A DNA stretch of 64,000 nt from Acutalibacteraceae bacterium (GCA_045544815.1 JAZPZT010000004.1:1171-65170); one strand, 5' to 3'. Numbered from the stretch's first letter, positions 18,815 to 29,018 are shown. Made by a program: numbers and translations. The notes: generated by a model not told the origin, from the sequence alone.

Positions 18815-19522
18815 ATGCGAATGGGTATCATCGGCGCCATGGAATCCGAGGTGCAAAACCTCATCGCCCGTATGGAGGGCGTCGCCTACCACGAAAAAGC
18901 AGGCCGCCGCTTTGCCGTCGGCACGCTGGCAGGCAAAGAGGTCGTCGTGGTGCAAAGCGGTATCGGCAAGGTTGCCGCCGCCATCACCGCACAAATGCTC
19001 ATCGACGGATTCGGAGTGGACGCCCTGCTCAACACGGGTATGGCGGGCGGCTTGGATTCCCGTCTGGCGGTGAAGGATTTGGTCATCGCCACCGCCGCCC
19101 TGCAACACGATTTCGACATCACCGCCTTTGGCCATGCCAAAGGGTTTATGTACGGCGAGGACGATACGAAACCGACCTTGTTTATGGCGGACGAAGCGCT
19201 GTGCGCCAAGGCACGAGAGGCCGCCGCACGGGTACTGCCCGAGGGCAGCAAGGCCATTGACGGCGTCGTGGCAAGCGGCGATATCTTCGTGGATGACAGC
19301 GCACTGAAAGCGCAGTTGCGTGACGGCTTCGGCGCCGCCGCCGCCGAGATGGAAGGCGCCGCCATCGCCCAAACGGCAGTGGCCAACGGCGTCCCCTTCG
19401 TCATCCTGCGCACCATCTCCGACTTGGCGGAGCATCAGGCCAACGTCTCCTTTGACGAGTTAGAAAAATACGTAGGAATTCTGGCGGGCGATATCACCGT
19501 GGCCCTGCTGGAGAATCTGTAA
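18815..19522 (+). CDS. mtnN: 5'-methylthioadenosine/S-adenosylhomocysteine nucleosidase
   Basis: MRMGIIGAMESEV..., the VQSGIGKV and EMEGAAIAQ motifs are present. Confidence 0.93.
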   Translation: MRMGIIGAMESEVQNLIARMEGVAYHEKAGRRFAVGTLAGKEVVVVQSGIGKVAAAITAQMLIDGFGVDALLNTGMAGGLDSRLAVKDLVIATAALQHDFDITAFGHAKGFMYGEDDTKPTLFMADEALCAKAREAAARVLPEGSKAIDGVVASGDIFVDDSALKAQLRDGFGAAAAEMEGAAIAQTAVANGVPFVILRTISDLAEHQANVSFDELEKYVGILAGDITVALLENL

Positions 19523-19540
19523 GTTAGGAGGTAATCCACT

Positions 19541-20821
19541 ATGAAACCCTATCCCATCCAATTACCCCATAAGATGACTCTGCTCCATCTATCGGAGCAG
19601 TCTTTCCGCACCGACCGCCTCACCGGCGTGTTTGCCCTGCCCCTGCGGCAGGAGACGGCGGCCGAGTACGCGATTCTGCCCAATCTGCTGACCCGCAGTT
19701 GCGCCGCCTATCCCACTCTGGCCCAGTTCAGCCGCCGTCTGGACGAGCTGTACGGTGCCACCGTGCAGGGCGAGGTGTTTCGTCTGGGTGGCTGGCAGGT
19801 GCTGACCTTCTCGGTGAGCTACCTCAACCACCGCTACACCCTGGACGGCAGTGACCTGACCGCCGCCTGCACCAATCTGCTGCTGGATATGCTGTTTGAC
19901 CCTGCATTGGAGGACGGTGCCTTCCCTGCCGACGTGTTCGCGCAGGAGCAGCGCTGCCTGCTGGAGCACCTGCAGGGCGAGATGAACAACAAGCGTATGT
20001 ACGCCCGTCAGCGTTGCGAGGAGCTTTTGTGCCCCGACCATCCCTTTAGCTGCAATCCCAACGGCACCGAAGCAACGGTGAGCGCCCTGACCCCTGCCGC
20101 CGCAGAAGCGGCACGCAAGCGTATGCTGGCCGAGGCCAACATCCACTGGCTGTATCAGAGCGCCGACAGCACCGACGCCCTCACCCGTGAGTTGGACAGC
20201 CGCTTCGCCACCTTGGGCGAGCGCCGTGTGGCCACCGTGAGCGCCGACGCCTCCTTCGCCATGAAGGAGAGCGAACTGACCGAGCAGATGCAGGTCAGCC
20301 AAGCGAAACTGGTACTGGGCTTCCGCATTGCGGTGACCGCACCCGAAGGCGATATCGTCGCCGCCCAGTTGATGAACACTCTGTGGGGTGGCTGTGCCAC
20401 CTCCCTGCTCTTCACCCACGTGCGTGAGGAGAAGAGCCTCTGCTACTACTGCGCCTCCACCTACGACCGCTTCGCCGGTATCGTGCTGGTGGACAGCGGT
20501 ATTCAGCCCCAGGACGCCGACGCCGCACGCGAGGGCATTTTGGAGCAGTTGGAGGCTCTGCGTGCAGGTAACTTCTCCGACACCGAATTGGAGGCCGCAC
20601 GCCGCAGCCTGATTCAGCGCTACAATTCCGCCTGCGACAACGCCGAGGCGCTGGAGAATTTCTATATCGGTCAGACCATTTACGACGACTATCACACGCC
20701 AGAGCAAATGCGTGCCAAGGCGTTGGAGGTCACCCGTGAGGACGTACAGCGCGCCGCGCGACTGACCCATTTCGATTCTTTGTATATGCTGATGCCCAAT
20801 GATGAGGAGGTGGCAGAATGA
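19541..20821 (+). CDS. M16-family (insulinase-like) peptidase subunit lacking the HxxEH zinc motif
   Basis: It is paired with, and overlaps by 4 nt, the HxxEH-bearing M16 gene, in a YmfF/YmfH-like arrangement. No HxxEH motif was seen. Confidence 0.7.
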   Translation: MKPYPIQLPHKMTLLHLSEQSFRTDRLTGVFALPLRQETAAEYAILPNLLTRSCAAYPTLAQFSRRLDELYGATVQGEVFRLGGWQVLTFSVSYLNHRYTLDGSDLTAACTNLLLDMLFDPALEDGAFPADVFAQEQRCLLEHLQGEMNNKRMYARQRCEELLCPDHPFSCNPNGTEATVSALTPAAAEAARKRMLAEANIHWLYQSADSTDALTRELDSRFATLGERRVATVSADASFAMKESELTEQMQVSQAKLVLGFRIAVTAPEGDIVAAQLMNTLWGGCATSLLFTHVREEKSLCYYCASTYDRFAGIVLVDSGIQPQDADAAREGILEQLEALRAGNFSDTELEAARRSLIQRYNSACDNAEALENFYIGQTIYDDYHTPEQMRAKALEVTREDVQRAARLTHFDSLYMLMPNDEEVAE

Positions 20822-22077
20822 TTCCCGTCAAACATCCCTTGTTAGGTGACACTCTCTATACCGAGACCCATAAGAGCGGTCTGCGTGTCGTGGTGTGGCC
20901 CATGCCGCAGGCATCCTCCGTGTATGCGGTGTTTGCCACCGAATACGGCTCTGTGTATAACGTCCTGCCCACCGCCGACGGCGGCACCGAAGAGGTGCCC
21001 GAGGGCATCGCCCACTATCTGGAGCACAAACTGTTTGAAAGTGAAAAGGGCGACGCCTTCCGCCTGTTTGCGGAAACCGGCGCCAACGCCAACGCCTACA
21101 CCACCTTTGACCGCACCGCCTACCTCTTCCACGCCTCCGAGAACATCCTGCCCAGTCTGGACATCCTGCTGGAGTTCGTGCAGGACCCCTACTTCACCCC
21201 CGAAACGGTGCAGAAGGAGCAAGGCATCATCGCTCAGCAAATCCCTATGGGCGAGGATATGCCCAACCGCCGCGTGCTGTTCAATATGCTGAAGGGCTTG
21301 TTCCATAAACATCCCGTCCGCGTGGACATCGCCGGCACGGTGGAGTCCATTGCCAAGATCACTCCCGAACTGCTGTATCGCTGCTACTACCGCTACTACA
21401 ACCTGCACAATATGTGTTTGGTGGTGGCCGGTTGTATCACTCCCGAGCAGGTGATGGACGCCTGCGACCGTCTGCTGAAGCCGGCGGAGGAATGGGTGCC
21501 CGACAACTACGTCATCGACGAGCCTAAGACGGCGGCGCAGGAGTACGTGGAGGACCATATGGCGGTTGCCGCCCCTCTCTTCTACCTCGGCTTTAAGGAG
21601 CCTGTGGTGGAGCATAATCCCAAGACCTTGGCCGCCGCACGCATTTTCATCGACCTCATCTGCGGAAAGTCCTCTCCCCTCTACACCCGTCTGCTGGAGG
21701 AAGGCCTCATCAACGATCAGTTTGAGGCAGAGTATTTCGGCGGTCCCGACTACGGCATTTGGCTGTTCGGCGGCGAGAGTTCCGACCCCAAACGTGTGAA
21801 AGAGTTGATTGCCGGCGAGATCGTTCGTCTGCAGCAAGAGGGTCTGGACGCCGCACTGGTAGAGGCCGTGCGCCGTGGTGCCTACGGCCGTCTGGTGGCC
21901 GGTCTGGACGACCCCTCCGACTGTGCCGAACTCATTCTCTCCCACATCGTAGACGGCGTAGAGCCCCTGAGCGAACTGGGTGCGCTGGCTGAAATCACTC
22001 TCGAGGAGTTGTCTCAGCAGTTGGCCACTCGCTTTGATGCCACGGCCTACACCCTCTCCGTGGTCAATCCCGTGTAA
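20818..22077 (+). CDS. M16-family zinc peptidase (HxxEH present)
   Basis: It carries HYLEHKLFE (HxxEH plus a downstream E). The product is 419 aa. Confidence 0.82.
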   Translation: MIPVKHPLLGDTLYTETHKSGLRVVVWPMPQASSVYAVFATEYGSVYNVLPTADGGTEEVPEGIAHYLEHKLFESEKGDAFRLFAETGANANAYTTFDRTAYLFHASENILPSLDILLEFVQDPYFTPETVQKEQGIIAQQIPMGEDMPNRRVLFNMLKGLFHKHPVRVDIAGTVESIAKITPELLYRCYYRYYNLHNMCLVVAGCITPEQVMDACDRLLKPAEEWVPDNYVIDEPKTAAQEYVEDHMAVAAPLFYLGFKEPVVEHNPKTLAAARIFIDLICGKSSPLYTRLLEEGLINDQFEAEYFGGPDYGIWLFGGESSDPKRVKELIAGEIVRLQQEGLDAALVEAVRRGAYGRLVAGLDDPSDCAELILSHIVDGVEPLSELGALAEITLEELSQQLATRFDATAYTLSVVNPV

Positions 22078-22091
22078 AAGGAAAGATTGCT

Positions 22092-23033
22092 ATGACTTTA
22101 GTCAAACCACATACGGTGGAATTCCCCGGCCTGGGCTGGGAGTTCACCATTTCCCGAGGATTTGAGATCTTCGGTTTTCAGATTTATTGGTACGGCGTCA
22201 TCATCGCCATCGGTGTGCTGCTGGCCATCTCCTACGGCCTCAAACGGGCCAAGGATTTCGACATCGACCCTGACAGTATGATTGACGTAGCGCTGCTCAC
22301 CATCCCCGTAGCTTTCCTCGGTGCGCGCCTATACTACGTCTTTTTCAAGGATTGGGCGGCCTATGCCGCAGACCCCATCTCCATCCTTGACGTCCGCGAC
22401 GGCGGCCTCGCCATCTTTGGCGGTATCATCGTGGCCTTCGTCTTTGGCCCCTTGATGTGCAAGGTGAAGAAGGTGAAGATTTGGGCTATGTTCGACGCCA
22501 CCGCTTTGGGTTTTCTCATCGGTCAGGGTATTGGTCGCTGGGGCAACTTCTTTAACCAAGAGGCCTTTGGCGGCAACACCGACCTGCCCTGGGGTATGAC
22601 GGGCGAAATCATCCGCAGCGGCGTCAACGGCACGGGCTATGATACCGCCCTGCCGGTACATCCCACCTTCCTCTACGAATCCCTGTGGTGTCTCTTGGGA
22701 TTCGTGCTGCTTCATATTCTATCGAAGAAACTGTACAAGTTCCACGGCATGATTTTCTGTGGCTATATGGTCTGGTACGGCGTGGGCCGCTTCCTCATCG
22801 AGGGACTGCGCACCGACAGCTTAGCGGCCGGTACTATGCGCATTTCCCAGTTGGTAGCCGTGTTGGCAGTGATTCTGGGTGTGGTGCTGTTCCTCATCCT
22901 GCGCCGCAAGGACATCGATCTGCCGCTGGAATTGGCTGTCGTCGAGGGCGATGGCGGCGAAGCGGAGGAGGAACCGAACGCAGACGAGGCCCCTGTAGAA
23001 TCTGAGGAGGATACCCATGGCACAGCTGATTAA
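22092..23033 (+). CDS. lgt: Prolipoprotein diacylglyceryl transferase
   Basis: It has the [13 protein letters not shown] signature and is polytopic, with an acidic C-terminal tail. Confidence 0.93.
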   Translation: MTLVKPHTVEFPGLGWEFTISRGFEIFGFQIYWYGVIIAIGVLLAISYGLKRAKDFDIDPDSMIDVALLTIPVAFLGARLYYVFFKDWAAYAADPISILDVRDGGLAIFGGIIVAFVFGPLMCKVKKVKIWAMFDATALGFLIGQGIGRWGNFFNQEAFGGNTDLPWGMTGEIIRSGVNGTGYDTALPVHPTFLYESLWCLLGFVLLHILSKKLYKFHGMIFCGYMVWYGVGRFLIEGLRTDSLAAGTMRISQLVAVLAVILGVVLFLILRRKDIDLPLELAVVEGDGGEAEEEPNADEAPVESEEDTHGTAD

Positions 23034-23871
23034 CGGAAAAGAAATTGCAGCCGCCATCCGTGGCGAAATCGCCGCCGAAACGGCGGCGCTGAAGGCACAG
23101 GGTATCACCCCCGGTCTGGCGGTGATTTTGGTGGGCGATGACCCTGCCAGCCAAACCTACGTGCGTAATAAGCAGAAAGCCTGCGAAGAAGTGGGCTTTT
23201 ACGGCGAGCAGATCACCCTGCCTGCCACCACCACGCAGGAGGAACTCTTGGCGGTGGTGCATGAGCTAAACGCTCGCCCCGACATCCACGGCATTCTGTG
23301 TCAGTTGCCCCTGCCCCACGGCTTGGACGACGGCGCCGTCATCGCCGCCATCGACCCCAAGAAGGACGTGGACGCTTTCCACGCCGAAAACGTGGGCCAC
23401 ATTATGATTGGCGACCAACATTTTCTGCCCTGCACCCCTGCCGGTGTGATGGAACTCATCCACCGCAGCGGTATCACCGTAGAAGGCAAGCATTGCGTGG
23501 TCATCGGCCGCAGCAACATCGTGGGCAAGCCTATGGCTATGCTCTTACTGCAGGAAAACGGCACCGTCACCATCTGCCACTCCCGCACCAAAAATCTGGC
23601 AGAGATGTGCCGGCAGGCGGATATTCTGGTGGCGGCGGGGGGACGAGCCAAATTTGTCACCGCCGATATGGTGAAAGAGGGCGCCACCGTCATTGACGTA
23701 GGCATCAATCGGGACGAAAACGGTAAGCTCTGCGGCGACGTGGACTTTGCCGCCGTAGAGCCGATTGCCGGCGCTATCACCCCCGTCCCCGGTGGGGTTG
23801 GCCCTATGACCATCGCCATGCTGATGAAAAACACCCTTACTGCGGCCAAAACCTACGGTTACGAGAAATAA
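23017..23871 (+). CDS. folD: Bifunctional methylenetetrahydrofolate dehydrogenase/cyclohydrolase
   Basis: Motifs [21 protein letters not shown] and GRSNIVGKP are present. Confidence 0.95.
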   Translation: MAQLINGKEIAAAIRGEIAAETAALKAQGITPGLAVILVGDDPASQTYVRNKQKACEEVGFYGEQITLPATTTQEELLAVVHELNARPDIHGILCQLPLPHGLDDGAVIAAIDPKKDVDAFHAENVGHIMIGDQHFLPCTPAGVMELIHRSGITVEGKHCVVIGRSNIVGKPMAMLLLQENGTVTICHSRTKNLAEMCRQADILVAAGGRAKFVTADMVKEGATVIDVGINRDENGKLCGDVDFAAVEPIAGAITPVPGGVGPMTIAMLMKNTLTAAKTYGYEK

Positions 23872-23983
23872 TACATTGCAACAAAAATCCATATGGGTGA
23901 CAAATATTTCCATTGTCATAGCCTATTTCTATGGATAGAATAATACCTGTAAACCCGTCTTTCGTGACAAAGGAGCGATAACT

Positions 23984-24946
23984 ATGAAAAAAATTGCTGT
24001 TCTGACCAGCGGCGGCGATGCCCCCGGTATGAACGCGGCTGTCCGTGCCGTTGTGCGTACCGCATTAAACGCAGGCATCGAGGTGTACGGCGTCATTCGT
24101 GGCTATAACGGCCTGATTAAGGACGAAATGGTGCCCATGACCCTGCGCTCGGTCTCGAATATTCTGCAGCAGGGCGGCACTATGCTGTATACCGCTCGCA
24201 GCCCCGAGTTTATGACTCTGGAGGGTCAGCAGAAGGCGGCGGAAAACTGCCGTAAGCGTGGTATCGACGGCGTGGTTGTCTGCGGCGGCGACGGCTCCTT
24301 CCGCGGTGCTCAGAAACTCTCTCAGCAGGGTATTAACTGCATCTGCATTCCCTGCACCATCGATAACGACATCGGCTGCTGTGAATACACCATCGGCTAC
24401 GACACCGCCACCAACACCGTGGTGGATTTGGTGGATAAGCTGCGTGATACCTGCGCCTCCCACGACCGTTGCAGCGTGGTTGAGGTTATGGGTCGTCACG
24501 CCGGTTGGCTGGCGCTGGGCGCCGGTATGGCCGCCGGTGCCACCAGCATTCTGGTGCCTGAGGTGCCCTATGACTTCCAGAAGGATATCGTGGACCGTAT
24601 GCTCTCCTCCAAGGCGCTGGGCAAACAACACTTCATCGTGATGGTGGCCGAGGGCATTGGCGACGTGAGCGAGCTGGCTAAGGATATTGAAAAAGCCACC
24701 GGCGTCGAGACCCGTGCCACCGTGCTGGGTCATGTGCAGCGTGGCGGTCGTCCCTCTGCCCGTGACCGTATCCTCGCCAGCCAGATGGGCTACTATGCCG
24801 CACATCTGCTGATGGAGGGCAAGACTGAGCGTGTGGTGGCCATCAACAACAACGCTCTGGAGGATTTCGACATCGACGACGCTCTGGCGATGAAGAAGCC
24901 CTTTAAGTCCCGCCTGTTCCGTATGGCCGCAGAGATTTCCATCTAA
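23984..24946 (+). CDS. pfkA: ATP-dependent 6-phosphofructokinase
   Basis: Motifs LTSGGDAPGMNA, GGDGS and PCTIDND are present. The product is 320 aa. Confidence 0.96.
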   Translation: MKKIAVLTSGGDAPGMNAAVRAVVRTALNAGIEVYGVIRGYNGLIKDEMVPMTLRSVSNILQQGGTMLYTARSPEFMTLEGQQKAAENCRKRGIDGVVVCGGDGSFRGAQKLSQQGINCICIPCTIDNDIGCCEYTIGYDTATNTVVDLVDKLRDTCASHDRCSVVEVMGRHAGWLALGAGMAAGATSILVPEVPYDFQKDIVDRMLSSKALGKQHFIVMVAEGIGDVSELAKDIEKATGVETRATVLGHVQRGGRPSARDRILASQMGYYAAHLLMEGKTERVVAINNNALEDFDIDDALAMKKPFKSRLFRMAAEISI

Positions 24947-24950
24947 CGTG

Positions 24951-24982
24951 AAAAAGACCGCTCCTGTGAGCGGTCTTTTTTG
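24951..24982 (+). terminator. Intrinsic terminator after pfkA
   Basis: The stem AGACCGCTC/GAGCGGTCT is followed by a T-run. Confidence 0.8.
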
Positions 24983-25041
24983 TTGTGTTTTTTGGAAAGT
25001 GTGATATAATAGGTGTATATTGAAGCGAGGAGGTCGTTCCT

Positions 25042-26196
25042 ATGCCCTACACCGTGATGATGGTGGCTGCCGCAGGCGGCTCCACCCGAATGGGACAACC
25101 CAAACAGCATATTAGGCTCGGTAAATATCCCGTGCTGATTCACACCCTGCTGGCGCTCCAGCAGGTGGAGGCGGTGGACGAGATTCTGCTCATCGCCCGT
25201 CAAGAGGACATCGACACCTTTATGGCGCAGGCCAAGGCCGCAGGGGTGAGCAAACTGCGCACCGCCGTGGCAGGCGGCGCCACCCGTCAGGCATCGGTGG
25301 CAAACGGCTTGGCGGCTCTGCCTGCCGAGACCACCCTCGTGGGTGTCCACGACGGCGCACGACCGCTGATTGACCCCGACACCGTAGCCACCGTCATCGA
25401 GGCGGCGGCGGAGTGTGGCGGCGCGGCGGTGGCGGTGCCGGTGAAGGACACCCTCAAACGCACCGATGAAAACGGAATGATCCTCGACACACCCGACCGC
25501 ACCCATCTGTGGCGTGTGCAAACGCCCCAAGTGCTTGACCGCGCCGCCCTGTGCGCCGCTATGGCGGCGGCTGTGGCTGAGGGCAAGGACTATACCGACG
25601 ACTGCCAACTGATGGAAGCGGCAGGTCACAAGGTGCGTCTGGTGACGGGGCTGGACACCAACTTAAAACTCACCACGCCGGAGGATATTCGGCTGGCACA
25701 GGCACTGATGGCAAAGGAGACAACGGCTATGCGCATTGGACACGGATACGACGTGCACCGGCTGGTGGAGGGGCGCGACCTCATCCTCGGCGGTGTGAAA
25801 ATCGAGTATGAAAAAGGCCTGCTGGGTCACTCCGACGCCGACGTGCTCACCCACGCGGTGATGGACGCCCTGCTGGGTGCCGCCGCCCTGGGCGACATCG
25901 GCAAACTGTTTCCCGACAACGACCCTGCCTACAAGGGTGCCGACAGCGTGGCGCTGCTGCGCCGCGTGGTGGAGCGTGTGGGTGAAGAAGGCTTTGCCAT
26001 TGGCAACATCGACGCCACCATTCTGTGCCAGCGGCCCAAGTTGGCGCCCCACATCCCCCACATGCGGCAGATTCTCGCCGATGCCTGCGGCGTGGACGTG
26101 GCTTGTGTGAGTATCAAGGCCACCACCGAGGAAGGGCTGGGCTTTACCGGCAGCGGCGAGGGCATCGCCGCCCATTGTGTGTGTCTGTTGGGGTAA
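25042..26196 (+). CDS. ispDF: Fused IspD/IspF (MEP cytidylyltransferase + MEcPP synthase)
   Basis: The N-terminal half resembles IspD (AAGGSTRMG). The C-terminal half resembles IspF ([23 protein letters not shown]). It is a single 384-aa ORF. Confidence 0.92.
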   Translation: MPYTVMMVAAAGGSTRMGQPKQHIRLGKYPVLIHTLLALQQVEAVDEILLIARQEDIDTFMAQAKAAGVSKLRTAVAGGATRQASVANGLAALPAETTLVGVHDGARPLIDPDTVATVIEAAAECGGAAVAVPVKDTLKRTDENGMILDTPDRTHLWRVQTPQVLDRAALCAAMAAAVAEGKDYTDDCQLMEAAGHKVRLVTGLDTNLKLTTPEDIRLAQALMAKETTAMRIGHGYDVHRLVEGRDLILGGVKIEYEKGLLGHSDADVLTHAVMDALLGAAALGDIGKLFPDNDPAYKGADSVALLRRVVERVGEEGFAIGNIDATILCQRPKLAPHIPHMRQILADACGVDVACVSIKATTEEGLGFTGSGEGIAAHCVCLLG

Positions 26197-26203
26197 ACAA
26201 GAG

Positions 26204-26236
26204 AAAAAGCGGAGGGGAATACCCCTCCGCTTTTTT
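26204..26236. terminator. Bidirectional terminator between ispDF and the XRE-TPR gene
   Basis: The stem GCGGAGGGG/CCCCTCCGC is flanked by A- and T-runs. Confidence 0.8.
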
Positions 26237-26243
26237 GCGCAGA

Positions 26244-27287
26244 TTATTTAAGCAATGCTTGGAAATCATCCCTCTGTCGGATGGGGTCGAAATCGGAACG
26301 GTTTAGACTCGCTCGATAGCCATCCAACGGCGTGTCAGCGGAGTCGCTCACCGGCTTTTCGCCTCCCACCAAATCAAACAGCGGCGCAGTGTACCGATAG
26401 TGGTCTTGCTTGGAAAATAAGGTGTCCTGCTCGGCGTGGTGGCGGGCTTTGGTCAGCGCGACCACGGCTTCGTCATACTTCTGTTCGCCACACAGGAAAA
26501 ACGCCTTGTCGATGAAATTATAGGTCAACAGATTATGATGGAATTGGAAATTTCCATCGGGGAACAAAGAATACAAAACCTGCTCGATGGCGTCACACTC
26601 CACCAAGGTTTTGCAACCCAGCTGAAGCGACAAGATGAACGCCCTTAATTTATTTTCGGAAAGAGTCTGACAATGCCGACGCTTTTCTTCTCCCTCCAAA
26701 CACCACACCAGCAAATCGTCACGCTTTTCTTCGTCCTCTTCGGTGAGAGCATACTGCTTGGCACTTTCCAAATCACCACGCCAGTGATAGGACAACACAA
26801 TGCCGTGCAAAGCTTTGTCGTGGAGGTCACGCGGAGAATTGCTGTCCAAAACAATCTTGTAATGTTTGATGGCGCTGTCCAACAAACGATGGTATTCTTC
26901 CTCGCTCTGCTCCAGCCGATCAAAGGCGACGTAGTACTCCGCCGATGCCAACCATTCCACATACTCCATATTGCCGGGGTACTCCGCCACCGCTTGAACG
27001 GCAATCTGATAATTGGTTTCTTTATCGTCGTGTTTCCAATACTCAAAAAACGCCTCGTCAAACTCCGCTTTGCGCATATCTTTTTGATAGGTGTCCATGC
27101 TGAGCAAATAATCGGTGGTGACACCAAAAAGATTCGCCAGCGGCGGCAAAAGAGAAATGTCCGGCATAGCCGCGCCCGTCTCCCAACGGCTCACCGCCTG
27201 CGGGGAAATGTTCAGCAGCTCCGCTAATCTCTCTTGAGTCATATTATTTTTTGTCCGCAGATTTTTAATGATATGTCCAAACGTCAT
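26244..27287 (-). CDS. XRE-family HTH regulator with a long helical (TPR-like) C-terminal domain
   Basis: It has an N-terminal Cro/C1 HTH (IIKNLRTKNNMTQERLAELLNISPQAVSRWETG) followed by about 280 aa of helical repeats. The ATG at 27287 follows an AAAGGAG RBS. By eye it is lower in GC than its neighbours. Confidence 0.8.
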   Translation of the reverse strand: MTFGHIIKNLRTKNNMTQERLAELLNISPQAVSRWETGAAMPDISLLPPLANLFGVTTDYLLSMDTYQKDMRKAEFDEAFFEYWKHDDKETNYQIAVQAVAEYPGNMEYVEWLASAEYYVAFDRLEQSEEEYHRLLDSAIKHYKIVLDSNSPRDLHDKALHGIVLSYHWRGDLESAKQYALTEEDEEKRDDLLVWCLEGEEKRRHCQTLSENKLRAFILSLQLGCKTLVECDAIEQVLYSLFPDGNFQFHHNLLTYNFIDKAFFLCGEQKYDEAVVALTKARHHAEQDTLFSKQDHYRYTAPLFDLVGGEKPVSDSADTPLDGYRASLNRSDFDPIRQRDDFQALLK

Positions 27288-27461
27288 AAACAAAAGCTCC
27301 TTTCTGTTTTTGACCGGTCTATCCATAGTATAGCAGAAAAATGGTGTTTTTCCACCCCTCGTTAGTTGAGAGAAGATAAATTTAAAATTGAGTTTGCTGT
27401 TTCGTGGAGATACCCCGCCACCTGACCGATTTTGACGGCGGGATTTTCGTGAAAAAAGAGT

Positions 27462-27497
27462 AAAAAGCCTCTATCCTATATGGGTAGAGGCTTTTTT
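27462..27497 (+). terminator. Terminator-like hairpin 25 nt upstream of spoIIAA
   Basis: The stem AGCCTCTA/TAGAGGCT has an 11-nt loop, is preceded by AAAAA and followed by TTTTTT. No annotated gene lies upstream on this strand. Confidence 0.45.
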
Positions 27498-27521
27498 GCG
27501 TTTGTGAAAGGATGTGACCCT

Positions 27522-27839
27522 ATGCAACTGGAACTGACACGGGAGGGCGGCCATCTCACCGCCGCCCTCATCGGAGAACTGGACCACCACGCCGCCGCAG
27601 AGGTGCGGCAAACCATCGACGCCGCCCTGCTATCCTGCCGTCCGCAGACACTCCGACTGGATTTGAGCCGCCTGACCTTTATGGATTCGTCGGGTATCGG
27701 GCTGATTATGGGGCGGTATCGGCTGATGACGTCGCTGGAAGGCGTCCTGCGCCTGACAGGCACCCCACCACGGATGGAGCGGATGATTCGTCTCTCCGGT
27801 CTGGACAAACTACCCATTTGGGAGGAGGAACAAGAATGA
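27522..27839 (+). CDS. spoIIAA: Anti-sigma-F factor antagonist SpoIIAA (STAS domain)
   Basis: It has a STAS fold with the phosphorylatable DSSG motif (FMDSSGIG) and is the first gene of the spoIIA operon. Confidence 0.9.
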   Translation: MQLELTREGGHLTAALIGELDHHAAAEVRQTIDAALLSCRPQTLRLDLSRLTFMDSSGIGLIMGRYRLMTSLEGVLRLTGTPPRMERMIRLSGLDKLPIWEEEQE

Positions 27840-28276
27840 AACCCATCAACGAAATGAAAATCACTTTTCTCAGTCGCTCCGCCAACGAGGGCTTCGCCCG
27901 TGCGGCGGTGGCGGCCTTTGCCGCACAATTAGACCCTGCGGTGGACGAACTGGCGGACCTGCGCACGGCGGTGAGCGAGGCGGTGACCAACGCCATCGTC
28001 CACGGCTATCCCGACCGCCTCGGCGTGGTGACGCTGACGGTGCGGCTGTACGAAAACGGCAAGATTCAGGTGCAGGTGAAGGACAAAGGGCGTGGTATTC
28101 CCGACGTGGACAAGGCCATGGAGCCCCTCTTCACCACCGGCGGCGAGGAGCGGTCGGGACTGGGCTTTTCGGTGATGGAGAGCTTCACCGACCGCCTGCG
28201 TGTGCGCTCCGCCGAAGGCAAAGGCACCACCGTGACCATGGAAAAATACATAGCCCTACGGGTGAAGAGCCGATGA
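27836..28276 (+). CDS. spoIIAB: Anti-sigma-F factor / serine kinase SpoIIAB
   Basis: It has a GHKL ATPase fold (EAVTNAIVHG, DKGRGI, GLGFSV). An ATGA overlap links it to spoIIAA. Confidence 0.9.
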   Translation: MKPINEMKITFLSRSANEGFARAAVAAFAAQLDPAVDELADLRTAVSEAVTNAIVHGYPDRLGVVTLTVRLYENGKIQVQVKDKGRGIPDVDKAMEPLFTTGGEERSGLGFSVMESFTDRLRVRSAEGKGTTVTMEKYIALRVKSR

Positions 28277-28938
28277 CACCAACCAAAACACGGGAGCAAA
28301 CCATCACCGACAATATGGGGCTGGTGCATGCCTGCGCCAAGCGCTTTACAGGGCGAGGGATGGAATACGATGACCTGTTTCAGGCGGGGTGCGTAGGGCT
28401 GGTGAAGGCCGTGGACGGCTTCGAGCCGGAGCGAGGGCTGTGCTTCTCCACCTACGCCGTGCCGCTGATCTTAGGTGAAATGCGCCACCTGTTCCGTGAG
28501 GGCGGCGCGGTGAAGGTCAGCCGCTCCCTGCGCAGTTTATCATTACAGGTGGGGCGGCTGCGCGAAAAACTGCTCTCCCTCCACGGGCGAGAGCCGTCGG
28601 TGGAGGAATTGGCCGCGGAGCTTGGCATCGAGCCTGCCCTCGCGGCGCAGGCAGTGTGCGTGGCGCTCCCTCCCCTATCCCTCACCCGAAACGAGGAGGG
28701 CGAGGAGGGGCAAATCGACCTGCCCTGCGATTCGCCCGAGGAAACGATCACAGACAAACTGGCTCTGCGGCAGGTGCTCAGCACTCTGCCGCCGCCCGAC
28801 CGCACCCTGATTGAACTGCGGTATCTGCGGCGGATGACCCAGCAGGCCACCGCCGACCGATTGGGGATGACGCAGGTACAGGTGTCTCGCCGCGAGCGAG
28901 TCATCCTATTGGAATTGCGGCGCAAATTGTTGGAATGA
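28273..28938 (+). CDS. sigF: Sporulation sigma factor SigF
   Basis: It is a sigma-70 family protein with regions 2-4 (DLFQAGCVGLVKAVDGF, YAVPLILGEM, QVQVSRRE). An ATGA overlap links it to spoIIAB. Confidence 0.88.
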   Translation: MTPTKTREQTITDNMGLVHACAKRFTGRGMEYDDLFQAGCVGLVKAVDGFEPERGLCFSTYAVPLILGEMRHLFREGGAVKVSRSLRSLSLQVGRLREKLLSLHGREPSVEELAAELGIEPALAAQAVCVALPPLSLTRNEEGEEGQIDLPCDSPEETITDKLALRQVLSTLPPPDRTLIELRYLRRMTQQATADRLGMTQVQVSRRERVILLELRRKLLE

Positions 28939-28949
28939 AAGCGCTTACA
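28936..28949. promoter_or_regulatory. cre-like site TGAAAGCGCTTACA overlapping the sigF stop codon
   Basis: It matches TGWAANCGNTNWCA fully and lies between convergent sigF and glgA. Confidence 0.4.
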
Positions 28950-28980
28950 ATGTGATGGTTGTGGGATTTGTGAAAGCATT

Positions 28981-29018
28981 AAAAAAAGAGACTGTACCTT
29001 GCGGTACAGGCTCTTTTT
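28981..29018. terminator. Bidirectional terminator between sigF and glgA
   Basis: An 11-bp stem (one mismatch) at 28988-29013 is flanked by A7 and T5. Confidence 0.75.

Noticed and set aside
27327-27521. Spo0A boxes (TGNCGAA) and a sigma-H promoter for spoIIA
   Set aside because: I found only loose resemblances (for example TTTCGTG and TTGACGG) and nothing I could defend as a match.
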